Shown piece after piece: positions 41,901 through 52,500 of a stretch of DNA of 64,000 nucleotides. Every line of letters starts with the position of its first letter. Position 1 is the stretch's first letter. Location of the stretch: IMG/VR virus record IMGVR_UViG_3300007512_000011, positions 32,001 through 96,000 of that record. One strand, 5' to 3'. This DNA is from a virus. The notes below the pieces were generated by a model. That model made no database searches. It was not told the DNA's origin and saw nothing but the letters and a program-made list of their open reading frames with translations. Position numbers and translations under genes: made by a program.

Positions 41901-42561
41901 CATCCTCAAGGAGGCTGACCGGTGTTGGATTATTTGCAAATCCGCTTGTCTCTGCACCGCGACGAGGTGCAAACCTGTTGCGAAACTGGAGAGAGCCCTC
42001 TGCAGCTTTTTCAACATCAGACATGTCCCTATTTCCAGCAGGAAGTGTCCTGCCTGTCTGGTCCATGGGATTCCCTTGCACATTAGAAAGAAGTTGGTGG
42101 GCGTCAACTGTCGCCTGGCCATTTCCTGTCTTGTCCACCAGATCGCTTAAAGGTACATCTGTATTGTCAAATTGTCCGCTATTAGAATACTTGCTCAGTG
42201 TAGAGCCCAATGTAGTACCCTGCCTCACGAAGGGCTCATCGACTCCCTGGTCCTCTGCAGGAGATAGCACATCACCTCGATTTGACGAAGCAGCCTCAAC
42301 ATTTCCTGGGTTAACCTTAAATGCCTGCTCAGGCCTAACGAGATCCACAACAAACCTAAGATAATCACCAAGTAATCCTGTCTGGATATTCTGAAGGTCT
42401 AATAGCCTGGCGTCGTCAGCATTAGGGACAGCTGGATCACTGCCTAGATCGTCACCCTCTGACATCATGCCATCGCCGTCGAGATCATCTAGGACATAAC
42501 TAATTCTACTCTCTGTCGCACCAATTGAGGCGAGAAAGTCCTTTAAGGTTTGTCTTGCCAC
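38905..42561 (-). CDS. Large baseplate / tail-tube-initiator-like structural protein
   Basis: F-x-AF...D-x-Y...YGR-x-D-x-V-x-x-Y-x-x-T-x-R-x-I-x-LSF...P-x-IRLRVGD tube-fold signature. Lies between tape measure and LysM gene. Confidence 0.6.
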   Translation of the reverse strand: MARQTLKDFLASIGATESRISYVLDDLDGDGMMSEGDDLGSDPAVPNADDARLLDLQNIQTGLLGDYLRFVVDLVRPEQAFKVNPGNVEAASSNRGDVLSPAEDQGVDEPFVRQGTTLGSTLSKYSNSGQFDNTDVPLSDLVDKTGNGQATVDAHQLLSNVQGNPMDQTGRTLPAGNRDMSDVEKAAEGSLQFRNRFAPRRGAETSGFANNPTPVSLLEDGTLGLGTTTSQREFGAYNKEADSVVMDDLKQVGLSLMLKAAGWDDSLSPGDSKTGLPRNASSNNNDLNNDSPISPRLIDPAVLRAQNALGAPSIDVGDQKGVSARDGRGDLLTHDDITASAKSHGSTYTPESQFDSDVIRAQAIAAVVALLEASRTLFDQISASIAEEQALYPGPYIPGQGPSVGLNEKFNLLKKLVITPTDYPYDKCVLRGLQIFFTDNKSPTSSEGLGSDKRAVSKSQHIAEAPSYWLAIARSVLRGAKDMGQISLAIKGPPPIFPQSPERNSALVQNVVKKLEENKLISLLNVAATVGDVSFRMAGGSDDFSLVDDQVGPWNVDRLPDSPSTRISKSRSGDGNTALSLAWRGNSVPALYMVPKNVIKASIEMGTVGAGTNPLKGMMGSSLVEKTYLDSTMEGTNARIPSDIVQRMEDTLDAEYVPFYFHDIRTNEIVTFHAFLGNLRDAYSPNYSGDVTGYGRMDAVKMYAGTRRRINLSFYAVSTSKQDFDEMWFKINKLVTLVYPKWTQGDMVKVGETSKFIQPFSQVLGASPIIRLRVGDVVKSNYSKFNLARMFGIGDTGVSPKTPSALSELMGNSKISNAIDKTVSFFDAATEKAISANLNTYFYTLFGSPLALSFDPLLGGTQRSQIARSALSTFLRNEFVNPLAIGTILNRMMDPDSVRNTSDFSSTIPGAVQAVADTISSNATDNNSAYGYRKFETHFLRPTMGNGYMLEDDTAKKIKVVRPLKIMILGQSRSAKKKSKNSSLGGKRSSRLDLPVNKSGDNRTFRGPKRSSMNSFRTLYRVKIVDLNASNQMLGKTILVTHADIMPNPNFLFNTTVLPTLGVGVVAEALLDTVVNTAAKATGIPADQISPNLSNVDRFMDEDNNPIVKSFNSSRGRGLAGAITSLEFDWMEFPWEIDWNSRAPMACKITMAFDVIHDLPPGIDHSGFNRGPVYNVGSVMEYVAGDVADDNGEGSKSKYNDGNRTASTFSSIDSERGD

Positions 42562-42782
42562 GCCTTGACTCCTTCAGGTGTAAGTAGATCGTCTAGCTCA
42601 TCTAGGACTGATGTCCTGTCATCCTTGCTCATAAGAAGTGACTTCATCCCATCATTTATTTGTTGTAGCTTCTCTGATAGCCTCTCAATCTCGGTCTCTA
42701 CAAGCTCCTTGTCAGCAGGTGTCAAATTCTCAAGCACCTCCTGATAAAGATCGTTTGCTTTTACACGGTCGAATAAGCTCAT
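42543..42782 (-). CDS. Hypothetical protein
   Basis: 79-aa acidic helical ORF, translationally coupled to the upstream gene (ATGA overlap). Confidence 0.65.
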   Translation of the reverse strand: MSLFDRVKANDLYQEVLENLTPADKELVETEIERLSEKLQQINDGMKSLLMSKDDRTSVLDELDDLLTPEGVKAWQDKP

Positions 42783-44710
42783 GGTCCAACTCTCTCTGTG
42801 CTTATAACTATGTTGTTGCTGCCGGCGGGATTGCTAATAATCCGGTCAATTATGGGCTGACCGTCTAGCTGAACTGTGACCTGAAGAGGCTCGGATGTCT
42901 CACCGGTTGTCGCCATGATCTGAGAGATGAGCTCCTCGATCTTCTCACCCAGGCCTGTTAGCTTTTCGACTGCATCTGCCTGGCCTAGATGAACAGAATT
43001 AAATGCCTCTAGCAAAACTTCTGTGGGACGAACATCAACAGTTATATTCTCCAAGCTCTCGGTCGTTCCCTTAACAGCAGCTTCTATCGTCTGGGCAGTG
43101 CTATTAAGACTTTCTACTGTGCTAGATGCACTGTCTGCAGCGCTGGCGAGATTGTCTTCGCCAACAGCAAGAGCGTCTGATGCAGCAGTGGCCATGCTGC
43201 TATAAAATTCTTTAGTAAAATCCTTACCAGCTTCTAGTAGTTCCTTGAGTCCACCCTCCTTAGTCAAGTCTCCCAGCTCCTTGATCTTACCCATGAACGC
43301 ATCAACATCTCCTGTTGTCGCACCTAGCTGTACAGCTGAAGTGGCAAGATTTGAGATCTCTAGTGTGCCAGTTGCAATTGAGCGTGACATGTCAGCGGTG
43401 CCGATCAAAAGCAACTCATTGACAAACTTATTGATTCTGGTGGCAGCATCTGTTATGGGAACAATGTTGTCCACCATCTGTGTTATGTCCTGCTCGACCT
43501 GATCAGCGTCTATCGCACCGCTCATTGCATCCATCGCATCAGCCACAGCATTGGCTCGAGTTGGATCAATGAGTCTGTCAACAGCACTGATGTCTGTCAG
43601 ACCTGTTGATTGCATAATCAACTCCTTCTCAGCCCGTGTATAAGACTCCAGTGAGCGACCTGTTGAGACGAATCCCTCCCTGAGACGTTCTAGGAATGCA
43701 CCCTGGTCCTCGTTGGCCAGCTGCATTAGCTCCATCGCATCTAGCTGCATTCCAAACACTGAGGTTAGATCACCGACGGCGGTGGCGGCTGACTCAAAGC
43801 TCTGGAACTTGCCAACTGTGGCATTTAACTCCTGGAAGTTCAAACCCGTCACGTAGAGCGCTGCGGCGATCTTGGATGCCTCCTCTGGCATTACATTACC
43901 AAAGCGTTGTGTGTTGGATATAATCTGCTCTATGTGTCCTGCTATCTCCTTGTCAGAGGCACCCACAGCTTTCGCCACCTGGCTAGAGAAGACGTTGACC
44001 TCCTTCAGCATAGTTCCGGTGGCCTTACCGGTCAGGTCCACCTCACGAGAGATAAATGTTGCCACTTGCTCTGTCGAGAAGCCTAAATTCTTACCTGTGA
44101 GTGCCATGTCTCGTGCCAAATTCTCATTTGACGATCTCATGACTGCGTAGTTTTCTGTGGCGCGATCCTCGACTAGATATCGAAAATCCTCCATGTACTC
44201 ATCAACATTTTTAAAGATATCATTTATGGTTATGCCAGTTGACAGAGCAGTCTCTTTACCCAGGTCAGCATACTGTGAAATCATTCGCTCCGTGACATCA
44301 GCTGTCGTCTGCGCACTCTTATTAGATAGATTGGCGTAGTCCTCAAAGCCTCCGCCGAAAGTGTTAATCACCCTTAGGTACTGATCGCTGAATGGTTGTG
44401 CTGCGCGGATAGCACCCTGCATACCATCAAGTATCTTTGCGAGGGCTCTAGCAGAGGAGCCCTCTGCTGCATCTGCAAGACCCATCATCTCGGATATGGC
44501 CTCAGTCGCTCCTCTGTAGCCTGCTGTTACTGCCCTCGCCTGACCGCTGGGGCGGGCCAGGTCACCTGTGGCGCGCCTGGAATCCCTTGCCCGACTTTCG
44601 GGACTGTCACCTTTTTTCGCGAGCTCCGCCCAGTCCACACCAGCAAGTGTATCTGCGGTACGCTGGGCGTCCCTGAGCAATTTGTTGATTTGATCGGCAG
44701 TCCAGGCCAT
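42779..44710 (-). CDS. Putative tape measure protein
   Basis: Ala-rich helical 643-aa protein directly after the tail chaperone pair, with GGAG SD. Confidence 0.6.
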   Translation of the reverse strand: MAWTADQINKLLRDAQRTADTLAGVDWAELAKKGDSPESRARDSRRATGDLARPSGQARAVTAGYRGATEAISEMMGLADAAEGSSARALAKILDGMQGAIRAAQPFSDQYLRVINTFGGGFEDYANLSNKSAQTTADVTERMISQYADLGKETALSTGITINDIFKNVDEYMEDFRYLVEDRATENYAVMRSSNENLARDMALTGKNLGFSTEQVATFISREVDLTGKATGTMLKEVNVFSSQVAKAVGASDKEIAGHIEQIISNTQRFGNVMPEEASKIAAALYVTGLNFQELNATVGKFQSFESAATAVGDLTSVFGMQLDAMELMQLANEDQGAFLERLREGFVSTGRSLESYTRAEKELIMQSTGLTDISAVDRLIDPTRANAVADAMDAMSGAIDADQVEQDITQMVDNIVPITDAATRINKFVNELLLIGTADMSRSIATGTLEISNLATSAVQLGATTGDVDAFMGKIKELGDLTKEGGLKELLEAGKDFTKEFYSSMATAASDALAVGEDNLASAADSASSTVESLNSTAQTIEAAVKGTTESLENITVDVRPTEVLLEAFNSVHLGQADAVEKLTGLGEKIEELISQIMATTGETSEPLQVTVQLDGQPIIDRIISNPAGSNNIVISTERVGP

Positions 44711-44750
44711 TAATCACTCTCCACTAGCATACATATTGTGCTGCTAGAAA

Positions 44751-45020
44751 TCACTTAAAACGTTTTGGACCTATCTTTGTGCCTATCTCACCCATTGGCA
44801 CCTCACGCACTGTCGTGTTAGGACTGCTCTGTGATCTCTTCGCTGCTTTGTTGCGCTTTTCAAATTCTTCCGACAGTCTCTCGATGAACCAGACCCGATA
44901 CGGAATGGGTAAGGTTCTCACGTCAGAATAATTCATGCCAAGGTGATACTGCAGCAGAAAGGCCTGCTCTAGAAACTGGGCCCTGGTGTTATCCTGTGGG
45001 CCAAAAAAAATTGGAACCAA
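44751..45020 (-). CDS. Tail/baseplate assembly chaperone C-terminal part (gp51-like / gpT-like), probably expressed by frameshift
   Basis: F-x-LQYH...YSDV-x-x-LP-x-x-x-R-x-WF pattern. Lacks a good start and overlaps the upstream gene across a T8 run. Confidence 0.65.
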   Translation of the reverse strand: MVPIFFGPQDNTRAQFLEQAFLLQYHLGMNYSDVRTLPIPYRVWFIERLSEEFEKRNKAAKRSQSSPNTTVREVPMGEIGTKIGPKRFK

Positions 45021-45831
45021 GGGGAAGGGCCACCCGTGAGTCGGCGCTGCAGTGTGGGCAGCTCATCCAGACCCTCATATCAACACCCGGTTCATGTTCA
45101 CTAATGTAGTTTCTGAGCTTTCTAGAATCCTGAGCAGGCATGTTTCTCACAAACATTCCTAGCTTATTTCTATCAGCCACATTATCAACTGAGATAATCT
45201 GGTGGGACAGTCTAGTTGTGACCATGTTTTCAGCACCGCTGTCCATCATCTTTCGACGCCTATCAGCTGTTGTGGTTATCTCATTCTCATCATAGCCTGT
45301 CAAAAACTTAAACTGCACGACCTTTCCTGTGACAGGTAAGCGAAACTCAAAGCGATTCTCACCCGGTGAAACAGGTTCAAGCTCCAGACGCTTTATCTCC
45401 ATTAGTGACAGGTCAAAGTCCTGGCTGCTAGATCTAGCGCACTCGGGACAGGACACAGTTGCTCCGTATGATGATCCGTATCCGGTGATTCGAACCGACA
45501 CCATTAAAGCGTTCTTATCCCCCAGCAGGAGCTCATCTACATCCACAGTCTTGTCAAGCAGGCATGACTCCAAAAGAGTCTTAATGACGGTGCCCTGTTG
45601 AATAAGAGCTCGGGAGGTGAGAATGTCCTCCTCCTGTGCAGTCATCGCCTTTATCTCTAGCACATGTCTAGCGTGCATCGTTGAATTGGGATGATAGACC
45701 TTTCCCTCTGACGGAACTGGAACTGCTTCAACTGGAACCTGCCAGCCAAAGTCACTCTGCATCACGTCATGTTTTTGTATTCCCTCAGTTAGATCGTCCG
45801 GGTGGGACGCGCTCTCTTGCTGATCTGACAC
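44989..45831 (-). CDS. Baseplate hub / tail assembly chaperone (T4 gp26-like)
   Basis: VPSEG-x-x-Y, MTA-x-EEDIL, two CPxC motifs and C-terminal NFFWP. Confidence 0.75.
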   Translation of the reverse strand: MSDQQESASHPDDLTEGIQKHDVMQSDFGWQVPVEAVPVPSEGKVYHPNSTMHARHVLEIKAMTAQEEDILTSRALIQQGTVIKTLLESCLLDKTVDVDELLLGDKNALMVSVRITGYGSSYGATVSCPECARSSSQDFDLSLMEIKRLELEPVSPGENRFEFRLPVTGKVVQFKFLTGYDENEITTTADRRRKMMDSGAENMVTTRLSHQIISVDNVADRNKLGMFVRNMPAQDSRKLRNYISEHEPGVDMRVWMSCPHCSADSRVALPLGSNFFWPTG

Positions 45832-45835
45832 GTAA

Positions 45836-45881
45836 AAACCTCTGTTCTATCTATTCTAGAACAGAAAAATTCAGCTGTAAA
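45836..45881 (-). promoter_or_regulatory. Hairpin overlapping promoter-like motifs and the SD of the chaperone gene
   Basis: 9-bp inverted repeat tctgttcta (45841-45849) / tagaacaga (45857-45865). TTTACA-17-TAGAAT and ATAGATA overlap it on the minus strand. Confidence 0.5.
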
Positions 45882-45907
45882 CTTGTACTAGCTCTTTCCA
45901 GCTTCTT

Positions 45908-46399
45908 TTAGAACTGGAGAACACAATTATCAAAGCGCAGCGTGAGAGAAATCTCAACGGGCTCTGTGTCATTATCGTATGTCAATGTATTGAAGTTGGC
46001 ATTCTCAAGAAAGGCTCCCTTCATGTCCCAAAGCTCGACCACTGTTCCAATCGGATCGAGAAGCTTAAGCTGGACGTCCCTCTTGTAGAAATCCGCATAG
46101 CCAGCGCGACCGGAAACACTTTCGTAGTGAGTGCGAATCCATTCCATTACCTGCTGCGCACCGGAAGGCGCGATGGGATCGTGTAACGTAATTGACATAT
46201 TTTGAAAAGTGAGACGACCAGCAACGTAGCGCTTTGCATTTATGAAGGGAATCTCCTTCATGGCAATGTTCATATTTGGTCTAGCTGCCGTCTTCATTAG
46301 AAAGGCATCAACACCCTCAATGGCAAAAACCCATCTAAACTGTCGCTTCGGCTCAAATTTATTAGGAAGCATATCTGTAACTGATAGTGTTTCAGCCAT
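45908..46399 (-). CDS. Tail tube protein (gp19-like)
   Basis: FEPKRQFRW, ITLHDPI-x-PSGAQQVMEW, GYADFYK and W-x-x-KGAF. Follows the sheath genes. Confidence 0.88.
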   Translation of the reverse strand: MAETLSVTDMLPNKFEPKRQFRWVFAIEGVDAFLMKTAARPNMNIAMKEIPFINAKRYVAGRLTFQNMSITLHDPIAPSGAQQVMEWIRTHYESVSGRAGYADFYKRDVQLKLLDPIGTVVELWDMKGAFLENANFNTLTYDNDTEPVEISLTLRFDNCVLQF

Positions 46400-46460
46400 T
46401 GGCTCTTCTCCTTAAGGTAAGATCATTCTTAAATATCTGACTGCACATAATTCTTCTCTA

Positions 46461-49400
46461 CTAAACCTCCGCACCTGCATTTGTTACCACAAAGTCCAGC
46501 GCGATGAATTCTGCGGTTCGTGTAGGCTGTATAAAAATCTTTCCTCGAAGGGTATTATTTTCAACATCAGCCTGTGTCGTTGTTGTCGTGTCAATCACCA
46601 CCTTGTAGCGGTCCACACCGGATCTTTCTTGGATGCTCTGCAGAATCGGTGTTACTAGCGCATTAAACCGATCAAGTGTCTCCTGCCTATTCGGCTCAAA
46701 CAGCAGTGTGTTTGCAATGTTTCGGACAGATCGACGAATATCGATTAGAAGTCGACGAACATTTACTCGATCCAAGGAGGACTGTGATGCAAGCAGCGTC
46801 TTTTGTCCCCAGACCACAAGGCCTGTCCCAGGGAATGATGTTATCGGATTGATATCAGCATCATACAGATCATCTAGATTCGATCTCTTCAGTGGAAGTG
46901 AGGACCTAACTGCATTCAATGCGCCTCTGGAGAATCCAGCCGGTGCATACCAGGGGAATCCAATTGCATCATTAAGTGAGAAAGCGCCTAGCACGCTAAC
47001 AGAAGGGGGTACTTGAACATTGGTATTTGTCGTCGGATCAGTAACAATTGTATCTGGGAAGTATGCTGCTGCGAACGATGAGTCAAGGGCACGATCCTTA
47101 AATGCTGTGACTGTATTGCCCACATGAACCTGCTGCTGTGATCCTGTTACAATTGTGTTTAGTGTATCTCTCTCCTCGACATCCATAATGTAGAGCGCAT
47201 CAAATCTATCCTCTACAGCATCGATGGCAAAATCTGTAACAGCATCGTGCCTAATACCGGGAATTGCTAGAAGCTTAATGTCTACATCAGCCTTGGTAGC
47301 CATAATATCAACAGCCTTTCTGTAAGCTGCGACTGTGGAACCGTCTGTTCCTCCCTGATTTCCGGAGTCATCCATCTCTCTCTTAGCTGCAACATTAAGC
47401 AGATTTGCCTTTTCCTTGTTAAAGATGTTGACACCGTCAAATCCTCCCTGCAGAAAGAACGTGAACTTCGCGTACTTGCGATTTCCAGGCTTCCTAAGAT
47501 CATCTGGTTTGAATGCGCGAGTCTTGTCTGCAATACTTGTTGGGATACTACCGTCTCTTGTGTAAGAAGCACTCACCCACTGCGACGGGTCAGCAAGGCC
47601 ATCTGAGCCGGTTCGAATCTTAATTCTCTCAAGTGAGAATAGATTGTTATTGAATCTATCAGCATCCAAAACTGTTCCACCAGAATCTGCCTTTCCTGTA
47701 TTATTACCAACAGATATATTTCTCACATCATCTCTAAATGATGAGAAATACGTTGTAAAGCTGTCAATTGTCCTGTCGCGAACACCAACCCTATTTGGTT
47801 CGTCCAGACTGTCCTTTCTTGTGAACTGGACACCCCAATAAAGAGATGTAAGAGCTCGATCGTTCGGGAAGATTCCCACCTTCACACTCTCACGAAGCGG
47901 AACAGGTGGTTCGACGGTTCGCTTTAGAATTGTTAGTGAATCTCCAGCCTTACCCCATGTCGATTCTGATGCAAATCCAACATCTGTGAGAGGATCACTT
48001 CCTGATGTCACTAAGTGATTCGGACCTCTCATTCCCATTGGGAGTGAGTCGTTGGGAATAACTCCATTCTTGAGCGCTGTGCTTTGCTCAATTCTTATTA
48101 GATTTGACTGCACTGGGTGGTCACCATCAACAACAATCTTTTGTGATCCAGCATTCTTATCAAAATCATAAAATGTATTTTGATCTCCAATCACCCTTGC
48201 TACAAATCTATCTGATCCGGGATCTAGAGAGAGACCACGATATTGCTCAAGAATAGCCTTCTCATTGTCTGAGTCATAGTAATCCCGAACAATAAGATCA
48301 AAGTTTCCAAACTTATTTGTATCAGCTGTCGATTTCTGAATATTCTCAATAGAGATCTTTACCTTTTTATTTCCGATAGCACCGTCATCTAGAGAGTGTA
48401 CCCTAAAGAGGTTGTACTTAGACCCACCAAAATCCTGACTGATGACATATGGTGAAACTGATGCAGCAAAACGTGTCTCGAAGTTCTCATAATCAGGTTG
48501 TGTTGCTGACCCATTGTTTCTTGCAGCACTACCTGTTGTCAGGAAAGCAATTGGCTCCAGGGTGTCACCGCTCGGTAGTAGTGTTCCACTTCCGGGATAC
48601 ACAATGCCAACGCCCGTTACAACTGCAAGAGTTGGATGAATATCATAGCTAGAATAGAGAAGGTGTCCCTTCTTCTCTGCTAATAGCGGATCTGTGTTGA
48701 GGACATCAGCAAAGTAATTACTAGACCTAAGGTCAAAGGAGCATGTGATGACATTTGGATTTTCGGCGGTATTCTTATGCCCATTCAGAAGCATCACAAA
48801 CTCCTGATTTGACAGGTTGACAGCACCTGTTATGCAGCCTTGAAGACTTGCTCCGTGATTGCCAAGTATTGCTGGGCTTGTATTCGAGGGCTGGCCGTTT
48901 GATCCTGTGGCACTAACAGAAGATGCAGAAAGTGCGGGTATTACTCCAGAAGGTGCAAAAATCATCCCTCGAACAATTGGAACGGATCCATTCATACCTG
49001 TCCAGAAATGATTTACTCTATTTGATGCCTGATGAATGATACCCGCATCACTAAAGACTGTTGAACCTGCCGATTCCGACATGTACACACCAAGAATGTG
49101 TGTTCTTCCTAGATTTCCTTTATCCACAGCGTAGACATTTTTTCCCACACTGCCATTGTTCTGGGGAAGCTTCTGTCCAACTATGAACCCAGCATTCGTC
49201 ACCTTGCCAGATGTTGCATTCTTCTTTTTGCCATCACCCACGCCAAGAACACGAACATATGTCAATGCTTGCGCATTTCTTAGCCATTCATTCACAGCGA
49301 TTGGCCCGAACCTCTCACCGTCAGTGTTTCCAAAGGTATTTGCAAAATCTCTATAGCTAGCAACTGTTACAGGAACAAAGGCTGGGCCTCTTTCTGCAGT

Positions 49401-49508
49401 TCCAATCACACCAGCAGGTGTACCAACAGGCCCGCTCGTAGAGCGTCGCCCAGAGACGTCGATTTCTCTTGTGCTAACTCCAGCACTTCTGAAGACTATT
49501 TCGGCCAT
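46461..49508 (-). CDS. Tail sheath protein, paralog 2
   Basis: GV-x-TREID, G-x-x-x-RGPAFVP, WYAPAG-x-x-RG, INPI, WGQKTL, DRVNVRRLL and FEPN. Confidence 0.93.
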   Translation of the reverse strand: MAEIVFRSAGVSTREIDVSGRRSTSGPVGTPAGVIGTAERGPAFVPVTVASYRDFANTFGNTDGERFGPIAVNEWLRNAQALTYVRVLGVGDGKKKNATSGKVTNAGFIVGQKLPQNNGSVGKNVYAVDKGNLGRTHILGVYMSESAGSTVFSDAGIIHQASNRVNHFWTGMNGSVPIVRGMIFAPSGVIPALSASSVSATGSNGQPSNTSPAILGNHGASLQGCITGAVNLSNQEFVMLLNGHKNTAENPNVITCSFDLRSSNYFADVLNTDPLLAEKKGHLLYSSYDIHPTLAVVTGVGIVYPGSGTLLPSGDTLEPIAFLTTGSAARNNGSATQPDYENFETRFAASVSPYVISQDFGGSKYNLFRVHSLDDGAIGNKKVKISIENIQKSTADTNKFGNFDLIVRDYYDSDNEKAILEQYRGLSLDPGSDRFVARVIGDQNTFYDFDKNAGSQKIVVDGDHPVQSNLIRIEQSTALKNGVIPNDSLPMGMRGPNHLVTSGSDPLTDVGFASESTWGKAGDSLTILKRTVEPPVPLRESVKVGIFPNDRALTSLYWGVQFTRKDSLDEPNRVGVRDRTIDSFTTYFSSFRDDVRNISVGNNTGKADSGGTVLDADRFNNNLFSLERIKIRTGSDGLADPSQWVSASYTRDGSIPTSIADKTRAFKPDDLRKPGNRKYAKFTFFLQGGFDGVNIFNKEKANLLNVAAKREMDDSGNQGGTDGSTVAAYRKAVDIMATKADVDIKLLAIPGIRHDAVTDFAIDAVEDRFDALYIMDVEERDTLNTIVTGSQQQVHVGNTVTAFKDRALDSSFAAAYFPDTIVTDPTTNTNVQVPPSVSVLGAFSLNDAIGFPWYAPAGFSRGALNAVRSSLPLKRSNLDDLYDADINPITSFPGTGLVVWGQKTLLASQSSLDRVNVRRLLIDIRRSVRNIANTLLFEPNRQETLDRFNALVTPILQSIQERSGVDRYKVVIDTTTTTQADVENNTLRGKIFIQPTRTAEFIALDFVVTNAGAEV

Positions 49509-49544
49509 TTAGAATTCTCCGATAGTGTCATACATACATATTTT

Positions 49545-52500
49545 CTACTCAAAACTAACTCCAGAAGTTGTTATAATGAAGTCAATTGCAATAAATTCAA
49601 CTGCTCTTGTTGGCACTAAGACTATACGACCGTTAAGTCGATTTTGCTCGACATCATTCTGTGTATTATTTGACTCGTCCATAACAACGCTGAATTGATC
49701 GATCCCTTGCTGGGATTGAATTAGTGATAACAGCGGTGTTACCTGTGCAACAAATCGCGCTCTTGTTTCTGGTGTGTTCTGTTCGAAAACTATCTTATTG
49801 GCCACATCAGAGATGATTCGCTTAGCTTCAAGAAGCATTCGTCTTACATTAACCCTGTCCAGAGCAGTCCTTGCCTGTTGGAGAGTTTTCTGACCAAATA
49901 TCACGAATCCAGCATTGGGAAATGTTGCAATTGGGTTAATTTTTGACTCATAGAGATCATCTCGATCCCCTGCATTAAGGCGAATCTCTGTGTTTACTAC
50001 AAAGTCTAAAGATGCTCTATTAAATCCTGCTGGTGCGAACCACGGGTATGAAACATTATCATTAAACCCTAAGGCTCCCAAGACGGCGACACTAGCAGGT
50101 GTTTGAACAATTCTATTATTGATAGGATCTGTGATAGAAACATCTGGAAAATATGCTGCAGCGTAGTTTGTATCGAGTGCCCTTCCGTCAAATTGCTCTA
50201 TAGTCTTTGCAACATCGGGTCGATTTGCACTATCTTCATAAAGCCTATTTCCGTCTCCGTCATAAGCCGGAACATCCAGAACATAAATTGCTTTGCTGTA
50301 ATCTTCAGCAAGGTCTGTCACAAAGTCTGTCACCTTCCTATCTCGAATGCCTGGAATGACCAGTATATTAATTCGTGATGAGAGCTCATCGGTCAGAATC
50401 TCTGCTGCTGCCCTGTAGGATAGAACAGTGCTGTTATTCTTTCCGGCACCTATGCCCATTGATGTACTCAAACCGATATTCAAGGCGTTGCCGTCTGTGC
50501 TACTAGCATTTGCCTCTGAAGCCTTTCCATTTGTATCAGAAGATGTTGCCCTGTCATTGAGCCGAGCCATATCCCTATCAAGAACATTGACACCGTCAAA
50601 TCCCCCGTAGAAGAAATTTGTGAACTTAGCAAAGCTTGTGAACTTATTGAAGAACACAGAGCCTGTCAGTGAGACAAGTGATGCGAAAGTAAGCCTTCCC
50701 TTTGAGACTCCATCACCAACAGTATAGAATGTGGGCAGCGGTGTGCCGTTTCTAATGTATGCTGCGTCTAGCATGTGCTCAGCAGCTGTTCCCGTTATCC
50801 GATCGACAATGCCTCTGTTTAGACCAGGGATTCCACTGCCAGTAAATGTGGTAATTGTATTGCCAAAAGCAACTCTTGCAAGGGTGAATTTATTATTATT
50901 AAACTCATCTCTTCCCGCACCTGTCACAAGTAAGTCCATCTCCTGAATTCCAAGCAGCTTTGTGTAATTTGAAATTAGAGGGTTAGGCTGGCTCGAAACA
51001 TTTGGATTAAAAATAGACTCCTTGAGTGTTCCACTAGATGGAACTATCTCGAATTTTGTTCCCCAGTAAAATCTAGAATCCACCCTCTCAGAATTTCCCG
51101 GAGAGCCGGCGAGTCCGCCTGATGCCACCCTGCCCCTTGTCACCTTAAAGCGATATGGGACTGGTGGAACAATTGATCCTGAAAGTCCACCTCGTAGCTC
51201 TGATGTTCCGGGTATTAACGAAATACCTTCCCATGATAGAGCAAGTCTTGTCCCTGCAAATCCCTCTGATTGGGCAGAGGTGGCATTGTCTGCTAATGTC
51301 TCAGTTGTCTTGAGAGCAGGAATGCCATGGAATCCGAAGGGAAGAGCACTGACGGGTATTTTTCCCTCCTCCACGTTGGGATGCATTATAATCCTTACTC
51401 GGCTTGAAACATTTGGATATTTTCCAGATACCAGTAATCTTCTTTCATCGGATGTTTCTGCATCGAAATTATAAGCGACCTTCAGATCTCCAACTTTTCT
51501 GGCGACGTAATTTTCATCATTTGGATTAAGTGTACAAAGTGGATATTGCTCGAGGATCTCAGGATTAGTATCAATATCACTAAAAGATCTTACAAGAACG
51601 GTAAATGTACCAAACTTATCTTTTGGATCAGTTGATTTTCTAAGTTCTGCAATGGAAACCTTGTACAGTGTGTTTGCTTCCGATCCATCTGCTATCGTTT
51701 CAAAGTGAAATAGATCGTATTCTCTCTTTCCGTATGGCTGTGAAATAAACTTTGTGGTGCGAGGTGTGCGATATCTGGTATCAAATCGACCGTATGAATC
51801 TCTAAAGGCTTCAGATGCTCCATTTTCAGCTGATGTGGTGTTAGTACCTGACGCCAGCCCAACTGAAAAATCATAATCACTTACAGGTGCTATCTCATGT
51901 TCAACAGGAAAGTGAGCGTATAGCAGGTGCTGTTCTTCCTGGAACCTCTCTGGATCAGTGTTAAGAACATTTGCGATGTAGTGCTTATTTTCAGGATCAA
52001 GAGACGCTGTGAAGATCTTTATCGAAGTGTGTCCTTCTGCGGTTCCAAATCCTGTTGAGGTTGAAGATACAACAAGCTTAAACGTGTTAAAGAGAGGGTT
52101 TGATGAACCGGATTCAATTGTTGCAACTGAATTTCTTACATCTGCAGGCGAATAAGAACTTGAAGCGTTCAGTATTTGCATTCGTGTTCCAGTTGCTGAC
52201 ATTATCATGCCACGAACAAGATACACATAGTCTCCGCCGTTGACAATGTCGTAGCTGTCGTTATCAGTAAAGACTGGAAAACCTATTGTTTCTGTTGATG
52301 CAGACACAAAGTGACGCGCTACAAGAAACTGGACCGCACCATTATGGCCAGCGGATCCTCCTCCAGCGGCTGTACTCTTGATAATAAACCCAGCATTCTT
52401 GACGACTCCCTGGGTTATTGTCTTTTCAAAATCTGTTACAGTCTCATTTGATCCTGCGCCTAGCACACGAACAAATGTAAGTGCTGTTCTGTTCTTTAAG

